A stretch of DNA of 57,248 nucleotides from Prochloraceae cyanobacterium (GTDB lineage Bacteria; Cyanobacteriota; Cyanobacteriia; Cyanobacteriales; JASJDA01), in the NCBI GenBank assembly GCA_030065265.1, contig JASJCW010000003.1:1-57248 (forward strand). The letters are read 5' to 3'. Both the position numbers and the translations under genes were made by a program. How positions within the stretch are numbered: position 1 is the stretch's first letter; each line of letters opens with the position of its first letter. Below, piece after piece: positions 50,508-57,248 of this stretch. The notes under the pieces were generated by a model, which did no database searches, had not been told where the DNA came from, and worked only from the letters and a program-made list of their open reading frames with translations.

Positions 50508-51422
50508 TTAAGTCAGTCTGCGATCGCCAATAACGGCAAAGCCAACTCCTAGAAGTTGGATCGCTCCTCCCAACAATACCAACAAAGAGGGAACTTCAGC
50601 AAACAATAAAAAACCGAAGAAACTAGCACAAATCGGTTCAAATAATAGTGCTAAAGCCACTAAAGTCGGAGAAATCACAGCTAAAGACCAATTAAAGCTA
50701 GTATGACCGATTAGTTGCGAGACAACTGCCATTAAAAAAACATAAAAATAAACTGGTGTTTCATAGCTCAAATATCCCGAACCAAACAAAATAGGTACAG
50801 GAAATAAAACGATCGCCGCAGTAGTATATGCGATCGCCGCGTAAATATCAATCTTCAAACCATTTTGTTGTGCCAAACGACCGAACAGCAAATAGCAACT
50901 GACAAAAATGCTGCCAGTTAATGCCAGTAAATTGCCTAATAACGGATTAGAATATGCTGCGGTTGCTGCTCGATCGCCAAAAGCAATGACTATTGACCCC
51001 AAAATAGCGATCGAAATCCCCGCGATCGTCAATTTACTCGGTTTTTCCTTTAATAACCACCAAGATAAAATTGCCACCCAAATAGGGTTAGTAGTTACTA
51101 AAGTTGTTGAAGCTGCGATCGAAGTAAAAGATAGCGAACTAATCCAAACAGCAAAATGAACCGCCAAAGAGATTCCAGCACCAACAGCATACCAATAGGC
51201 TTTAAAATTCACTTTGACTTTGGCAATATTCTTCCACAATGGCAGTATTACAAGTGCAGATACCAGCAGACGAGAAGCAGCTAAAAACAAGCTGAAATCA
51301 ACTCCTCCCCCTTCTCCTGCGGCCATAGCTAGACGAACGAAAATAGCCGCACTAGATACGCTAACTACGCCAAGGAGTAAAATAAATACGACCTGCCATT
51401 TTTGGGGCTTTTTCATTAGCAA
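50508..51422 (-). CDS. DMT/EamA family transporter (likely start ATG 51416)
   Basis: About 10 TM segments; HF..WI.SL..TSIA.ST.LV and Q.IGHT.FNW motifs. Confidence 0.9.
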   Translation of the reverse strand: MLMKKPQKWQVVFILLLGVVSVSSAAIFVRLAMAAGEGGGVDFSLFLAASRLLVSALVILPLWKNIAKVKVNFKAYWYAVGAGISLAVHFAVWISSLSFTSIAASTTLVTTNPIWVAILSWWLLKEKPSKLTIAGISIAILGSIVIAFGDRAATAAYSNPLLGNLLALTGSIFVSCYLLFGRLAQQNGLKIDIYAAIAYTTAAIVLFPVPILFGSGYLSYETPVYFYVFLMAVVSQLIGHTSFNWSLAVISPTLVALALLFEPICASFFGFLLFAEVPSLLVLLGGAIQLLGVGFAVIGDRRLT

Positions 51423-51431
51423 ATTGAAACT

Positions 51432-51809
51432 ATGTCTGAATTACCACCGCTAAATACAGAAACCATCTGGGCAATCATTAAAGCAGAAATTGACGATCGC
51501 ACTGTAAATCAATTGGTTTGGCATTATTTAGGATATCGCTATAATTCTCTAGAAAATACTTGGGATAATAGTAACGTGTCTGAAGAATGGCGATCGCAAT
51601 ATCCAGAGCCTCCCGATTTTATCGCCGATCGCCCCCCAACCGTTAAATTAACTCGTTCTATTCCCAAACCAAACAAACAGCTTCTTAAGGAAAAATTGGG
51701 TTTTCAAGGTTATAAAGTAGGCGAATTTACCCCGACGCAAGCCCGTCGCGCTACTATGGCTAATTGGTTGTTAAATTATATGCAAGAAAATGGTATCCCA
51801 ATTAATTAG
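51432..51809 (+). CDS. DUF1823 family protein
   Basis: VNQLVWHYLGYRY, KLTRSIP and RRAT.ANWLL motifs. Confidence 0.85.
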   Translation: MSELPPLNTETIWAIIKAEIDDRTVNQLVWHYLGYRYNSLENTWDNSNVSEEWRSQYPEPPDFIADRPPTVKLTRSIPKPNKQLLKEKLGFQGYKVGEFTPTQARRATMANWLLNYMQENGIPIN

Positions 51810-51855
51810 TTATTTTGCTAAGCAAAGTATCTGAAAACAATTATTAGCGATCGCC

Positions 51856-52611
51856 TTAAGCTTCTTCTAAATAATTATATTTCTGGTTATAAATATAAAC
51901 TCCACTTTCTAGATCTTCGGCAATTTTTTCCAGCCAAGAACGAAAATTGACAGCAACTAATTCGCGATCGTCACAATCGTGCCACAAAGTAATAATTTGC
52001 CCGTAATTACCATTAATATCTGGATCTAAATCCAAACAATCCTGATTTCCAGCCCCATCGTAATACCATTTTTCAAAAGTAATAAGATACTTAATGCAGG
52101 TAAAAAGGTCAGGAGTCAGAGAGGTCGTCGCTGCGCTCCTCGTGCGGCAAGCGGAGCAGGGGTCAGACAATACAAGCTTTTTCAACTTTTTTCATATTTT
52201 TAAATAAAATCGCTATGTATTTTGCTATTTTTGCAAATTGGTATAAGTTATCGGAATCAATTTCGGATTCCACCAATAATTTATTTTTATTACTCTATCT
52301 AGTTCGCAATAGCTACTGAAACATTCGGGATCGTCAAATTCTCCAGCATCAAATAATTCTTTCCACACTTTCTATTCTTCGATTATTCTTTTTAAACCAA
52401 TAAGCTTAAAATCATCAATCCAAATAACATTAAGTTTCTCTAATCCATTATGAATGCGATAAGATGCTTTAGAATCTTCAGGAAATTACACACCTAAAAT
52501 AGCTGCTGTATTTTCGCTCTCTGCTTGACTTGCTCCAGGTTCTAAACGATTTAAAATTGCTGGATCATTTATTTTTAACCAAGCTTCGAGCCGCTCCCAA
52601 ATTCGATCCAT
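51856..52611 (-). pseudogene. SMI1/KNR4 family immunity-type protein, pseudogene
   Basis: ATG 52611 gives MDRIWERLEAWLKINDPAILNRLEPGAS...LGV*FPEDSKASYRIHNG; stops at 52486-88 and 52372-74; frameshift before WWNPKLIPIT; MITE insertion; resumes YDGAGNQDCLDLDP...GQII. Confidence 0.85.
52064..52243. mobile_element. 180-bp MITE with 15-bp imperfect TIRs and TAA target-site duplication
   Basis: TAA|TACCATTTTTCAAAA ... TTTTGCAAATTGGTA|TAA; excision restores codons I-T-Y-D-G. Confidence 0.85.
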
Positions 52612-52873
52612 AATTGAAAAATCTGACTGAAGAAATACTATTTTAAAAACTAATTATCTCAGCAAAAAGCAAATAAAGATCCAGAGATTAATCGATGATT
52701 TATTATATTGTTAAGTGGTTACAAAAAAATTAGACAAGCTTGGGTGGGATTATTTTTAACAGAGCGATGTTTAACTTTTGAAAATAAAATATAATATTTC
52801 TTTATCGAGTTCGATAGAGCAGTTATTAATAAAAGACCTGCGATCTGCGACCTCTGACCTCTGGGAGCAACCT

Positions 52874-53410
52874 ATGGCTGAAAAAACAATTGAAATACTT
52901 TCTGCGGAAGAAATTCGCCGAACCATTAACCGTTTGGCCTCCGAAGTAGTCGAAAAATCAGGAGATCTTTCCCAAATAGTATTGCTGGGAATTTATACCA
53001 GAGGAGTTCCCCTAGCAATATCGATCGGCGATCGCATTGCAGCATTAGAAGGATTTCAAGTTCCAGTAGGAGCGATCGACATTACATTTTATCGCGACGA
53101 CCTCGATCGCATTTCCACCCGTACCCCAGCAAAAACAGAAATCCCTGGAGATATTACCGGTAAAACAGTCATTATAGTAGACGACGTGATTTATTCCGGT
53201 CGGACGATCCGCGCTGCTTTAAATGCAGTTACAGAATACGGCAGATCGGCGAAAATTCGCTTGCTAGTCCTAGTCGATCGCGGTCACCGAGACCTACCAA
53301 TTCATCCCGATTTTACCGGAAAATACTTACCCACAGCCAAAGAAGAAAAAGTAAAAGTCTATCTCCAAGCAATAGACAAAAAAGATGCAGTTGAATTAAT
53401 TAAAGTGTAA
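52874..53410 (+). CDS. pyrR: Bifunctional pyr regulator / uracil phosphoribosyltransferase PyrR (start corrected to ATG 52874)
   Basis: [30 protein letters not shown] and DRGHR.LPI motifs. Confidence 0.95.
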   Translation: MAEKTIEILSAEEIRRTINRLASEVVEKSGDLSQIVLLGIYTRGVPLAISIGDRIAALEGFQVPVGAIDITFYRDDLDRISTRTPAKTEIPGDITGKTVIIVDDVIYSGRTIRAALNAVTEYGRSAKIRLLVLVDRGHRDLPIHPDFTGKYLPTAKEEKVKVYLQAIDKKDAVELIKV

Positions 53411-53451
53411 TTGCAGAGCAATTGTGTGAGATAATACAAAGTCGTTAATTT

Positions 53452-54507
53452 ATGCTAAGTCAAGAGCGATCGGTGAATCAACCTAATATCCAAGTCAGAA
53501 AAGCCGACCACATCAGGATTTGTCTGGAAGAAGACGTGCAATTTAATCGTTTAACTAACGGTTTCGATCGCTATCGTTTTACCCACTGTTGTTTGCCAGA
53601 ATTAGATCGCAACGAAATTGACCTGAGTACGGTTTTTTTAGGCAAAAAACTAGGAGTACCCTTATTAATCTCTTCGATGACGGGAGGAACTCAAACAGCC
53701 AAAACCATCAATTATCGACTTGCAGAAATAGCACAGAAATATCAAATAGCGATGGGTGTCGGTTCCCAAAGGATAGCAGTCGAAAATCCAGATTTAGCAG
53801 ATACTTTTGCCGTTAGAGAAGTAGCCCCAGATATTCCTTTATTTGCTAATTTAGGAGCGGTGCAGCTCAATTATACCTATGGTTTAGATGAATGCTTGCG
53901 AGTCGTCGATATTCTCGCAGCAGACGCGCTAATTTTGCATTTAAATCCCCTTCAAGAATGCATTCAACCTCGCGGCGATACTAATTTTAAAGGAATTATT
54001 GACAAAATCGAAGTTTTATGCAGTAAGTTGCCAGTTCCCGTAATCGTCAAAGAAGTAGGTAACGGAATTTCAGCAAAGATCGCCCGCAAGTTAATCGAAA
54101 TTGGCGTAAAAGCGATCGACGTAGCAGGTGCGGGAGGTACATCTTGGGCCAAAGTAGAAAGTGAAAGAGCCGAAAATAGCTTGCAGCGTAAATTAGGCAA
54201 AAGTTTTGCCGATTGGGGATTGCCCACAGCAGAATGTATTGAAAGCATTAGCCGCTTAGATCCTAACGTACCCTTAATAGCTTCAGGAGGGTTGCGAAAC
54301 GGCATCGAAGCAGCCAAAGCGATCGCCCTAGGAGCAGATTTAGCCGGGTTAGCATTTCCATTTTTACAAGCAGCCTCAGAATCAACCGATGCGATCGACG
54401 AATTAGTAGAATTATTAATCGCAGAACTAACTACCGTATTGTTTTGTACTGGAAATAGAAATTTAGAGGAACTGCAAAACTCCGAATCGATCCAAAAAAT
54501 AATGTAA
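53452..54507 (+). CDS. fni: Type 2 isopentenyl-diphosphate delta-isomerase
   Basis: RKADHI, SSMTGG, HLNPLQE, KEVG.G and GAGGTSW motifs. Confidence 0.95.
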   Translation: MLSQERSVNQPNIQVRKADHIRICLEEDVQFNRLTNGFDRYRFTHCCLPELDRNEIDLSTVFLGKKLGVPLLISSMTGGTQTAKTINYRLAEIAQKYQIAMGVGSQRIAVENPDLADTFAVREVAPDIPLFANLGAVQLNYTYGLDECLRVVDILAADALILHLNPLQECIQPRGDTNFKGIIDKIEVLCSKLPVPVIVKEVGNGISAKIARKLIEIGVKAIDVAGAGGTSWAKVESERAENSLQRKLGKSFADWGLPTAECIESISRLDPNVPLIASGGLRNGIEAAKAIALGADLAGLAFPFLQAASESTDAIDELVELLIAELTTVLFCTGNRNLEELQNSESIQKIM

Positions 54508-54606
54508 AAGATCGAGTTAAGATGAAGAACGTAACTGGGAATAATACGTAAGGGAAAGAAATCAGTTACCGGCAGCTCTGAACCTTAAGCAAAGAATACT
54601 AAACAG

Positions 54607-56397
54607 ATGGGAAAATTCATTAAACAAACTCTTGCCAGTGTAATCGGCACTATGGTAGGAATATTTTTATTTTTAACTATCGGCATTAGTGGATTAGTAT
54701 TTTTACTCATATCAACAGCACAAACAACGGAAACAGTAAAAGTCAAAAATAAATCGGTCTTAGTTATCGATTTAGCAACTACGATCGCCGATATTAAACC
54801 AACATCGACTTTAGGAGATGTTATTTCAGGAGAACGAGCTAAGATACTTTCACTGCGTCAAACATTAAATTCAATTGAGGCCGCAACTAAAGACAAACGT
54901 ATAAACGCGATATTTTTAGATGGTAGGGGGCCAGACGGAGCAACAGGTTACGCTACATTAAAAGAAGTTCGCTCCGCTTTAGAAGAATTTCGCGCTGCTG
55001 GAAAAGAAATTATTGCATATGACAACGATTGGAGCGAAAGAAGTTATTATTTAAGTTCCGTTGCCGATCGCATAATTCTCAACCCGATGGGAACTATGGA
55101 AATCAATGGTTTAGCCTCTCAAACCATGTTTTTCGCTGGAGCTTTTGAAAAATACGGTATTGGCGTGCAAATAGTTCGAGTTGGCGACTACAAGTCAGCA
55201 GTAGAACCATTGATTAGAAAAAATTTTAGCCAAGAGAATAAAGAACAAACCGAAGCATTATTAGAAGATATTTGGCAAGAATTTATTACAGGGGTAAGTA
55301 AAAGCAGATCCATCGATTTAAAACAGTTAAACAAGATTACTGATGAGAGTGGTTTTTTAACAGCAGAAGAAGCTAAAAAAGCCGGTTTAATCGATCGCAT
55401 AGCCTATTTTGATGAAGTAATTGAAGACCTCAAAAAATTAGGTTACAGCGATCGCAAAAATAATACATTTCGTCAAATTTCTCTAGCGGGTTATAGTAGC
55501 GAAGTTAACAAAGAAAAAAGCTCGAGAAATAAAATAGGGGTTATCTACGCTCAAGGCACTATTGTTGGGGGTGAAGGTGACGTACAACAAATAGGAGGAG
55601 AAAGCTTTGCTAGAGAATTGCGTAAATTGCGTCAAGATAAGCAAGTAAAAGCAGTAGTAATTCGGGTAAACAGTCCTGGAGGAAGTGCGACCGCTTCAGA
55701 AATTATTTTACGGGAAATTAAACTAATCGCCAAAGAAAAACCAGTTATAGTTTCGATGGGAAATGTGGCTGCTTCTGGCGGTTATTGGATTGCAACTGGT
55801 GCGAATTACATTTTTGCCGAACCCAATACTATTACCGGATCGATCGGCGTTTTTGGGGCTTTATTTAACTTCAAAGAAATCAGCAATAATAACGGGATTA
55901 CTTGGGATACAGTTAAAATCGGAGAATTTGCCGATCTCGGGACTGCTACCCGACCGAAAACAGAAGCAGAATTAAAAATATTTCAAAAATACGTCAATCA
56001 AATTTACGATTTATTCCTCGATAAAGTAGCAACATCTCGCAATTTACCTAAAGAAAAAGTCGCCGAAATTGCTAGGGGAAGAGTTTGGTCTGGAATAGAT
56101 GCTAAAGAAATCGGTTTAGTCGATGAATTAGGAGGTTTAGAAGCTGCGATCGCTTATGCAGCTAAAGAAGCAGAATTAGGCACTAATTGGCGAGTGGTTG
56201 AATATCCAAAATTTGAAAGTTTTGGCGAAAGATTCTTAAAAGAATTATCAGAATCAAGCATTCAAAAACAAGCAAAAAATGCCGATCCTCTAACTGCCGA
56301 ACTGATAAAAATTAAACAAGATTTAGCAATTTGGCGAGGTTTAAAAGACCCCAAAGATGTTTATGCAATCTTCCCTTACAAATTGAGAATCGATTAA
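54607..56397 (+). CDS. sppA: Signal peptide peptidase SppA (67K type)
   Basis: G.YKSAVEP, RVNSPGGS, AASGGYW and TGSIGV motifs. Confidence 0.95.
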   Translation: MGKFIKQTLASVIGTMVGIFLFLTIGISGLVFLLISTAQTTETVKVKNKSVLVIDLATTIADIKPTSTLGDVISGERAKILSLRQTLNSIEAATKDKRINAIFLDGRGPDGATGYATLKEVRSALEEFRAAGKEIIAYDNDWSERSYYLSSVADRIILNPMGTMEINGLASQTMFFAGAFEKYGIGVQIVRVGDYKSAVEPLIRKNFSQENKEQTEALLEDIWQEFITGVSKSRSIDLKQLNKITDESGFLTAEEAKKAGLIDRIAYFDEVIEDLKKLGYSDRKNNTFRQISLAGYSSEVNKEKSSRNKIGVIYAQGTIVGGEGDVQQIGGESFARELRKLRQDKQVKAVVIRVNSPGGSATASEIILREIKLIAKEKPVIVSMGNVAASGGYWIATGANYIFAEPNTITGSIGVFGALFNFKEISNNNGITWDTVKIGEFADLGTATRPKTEAELKIFQKYVNQIYDLFLDKVATSRNLPKEKVAEIARGRVWSGIDAKEIGLVDELGGLEAAIAYAAKEAELGTNWRVVEYPKFESFGERFLKELSESSIQKQAKNADPLTAELIKIKQDLAIWRGLKDPKDVYAIFPYKLRID

Positions 56398-57248
56398 TTA
56401 GATTTTAAAATTGCTGCCAAAAAGCGTTCGGTATAATACAAAGCAAGCTGATTGCTAATTCCAGAAAAAATAGCATCAAAAGCGTGTTCGGCCCAAGGAA
56501 TTTCTAAACGAATCGCTAAATTTTGACTTGCTTTTAACTTCTGCTCTAATTCTTTGCCAAACTTAGGTTGCGTTAAATGGTCGCGACCGGCATAAACTAA
56601 TAGAGTAGGTGGCAGATCTGGCCTGGTATAAGTAATGGGCGAAGCTTGTTGATAAAGTTCTGGCAACTCTTCCGGCGTTCCACCCAAAAAGTTTTCTAAA
56701 ACATTTGCACTCTTAATTGGATTAGGAACTGGAGGATCGTAGTAGCCCTTTGCTAAATTAACCGGGCCGTAATATTTTACTACCCCACGAACCGGAATAG
56801 CACCTTGTTGGTAGGCACTCAAAAGAGCCAGATGACCCCCAGCCGATCGCCCCATAACCGCCATTCTTTGAGGATCTACTTCTAACTCCTCAGCGCGATC
56901 GCGAATGTAGTGCAAAGCTGTAGTTACGTCCTCGAGTTGGGCCGGAAACTTATACTTAGGTGCGTGACGATAATCAACTGCAATCACCGCATAGCCTCGA
57001 GCCGCCATATAGCAACTAAAATCCTCGTAGCCGTCAGGAGTTCCACTTCTCCAAGCTCCACCATAAACGATCGCCAAAGCGGGGTATTTGCCCTTTTCTA
57101 GTGGGCGATAAAGGTTCATTTTCAGATCGACTCCATCGGGACTAGCAAAAATAATGCCCTTGTCGATGCGAACTTCTGGTTTGGCAATACCCAGAAAAAA
57201 ATCTTTCAAGATAAAAGGGTGCGATCGCATTCGATTTTTGACATCTTC
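56394..57248 (-). CDS. Alpha/beta hydrolase (esterase/lipase), 5' end beyond the window
   Basis: YGGAW, DYR.AP, GRSAGGHL and H.FD motifs; frame open to the window end. Confidence 0.88.
   Translation of the reverse strand, partial: EDVKNRMRSHPFILKDFFLGIAKPEVRIDKGIIFASPDGVDLKMNLYRPLEKGKYPALAIVYGGAWRSGTPDGYEDFSCYMAARGYAVIAVDYRHAPKYKFPAQLEDVTTALHYIRDRAEELEVDPQRMAVMGRSAGGHLALLSAYQQGAIPVRGVVKYYGPVNLAKGYYDPPVPNPIKSANVLENFLGGTPEELPELYQQASPITYTRPDLPPTLLVYAGRDHLTQPKFGKELEQKLKASQNLAIRLEIPWAEHAFDAIFSGISNQLALYYTERFLAAILKSN

Noticed and set aside
51856-52185. 109-aa ORF as an independent gene
   Set aside because: Its N-terminal part is MITE sequence fused to the pseudogene 3' end.

Overview
AT-rich cyanobacterial chromosome segment with abundant HIP1 (GCGATCGC/CGATCG). 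It is mostly conserved housekeeping genes: a Hik2-like kinase, ccb1, scpB, pxcA, a phosphate-acquisition cluster (sphR-sphS-phoU-phoX-porin-pstS, no pstCAB here), rplS-tRNA-Trp-secE-nusG-rplKAJL, a C-terminal protease, rbsK, ftsQ-ftsZ-thiD, nfeD-SPFH, pntAB, rpmH-rnpA-yidC-jag-yceD-ycf46, pyrR, fni and sppA. Accessory material comprises an SDR/TnpB/ankyrin islet (8.5-12.5 kb), an SMI1/KNR4 pseudogene split by a 180-bp MITE with a TAA target duplication, tiny hairpin elements inserted into HIP1 sites, a REP-like palindrome and heptamer (STRR) arrays. The most unusual signal is a ~115-bp dispersed element at 27929-28044 and 43341-43453. It has perfectly identical scaffold blocks alternating with fixed-length, indel-free variable segments. 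All calls were made by eye from the sequence and the ORF track; no searches were run.
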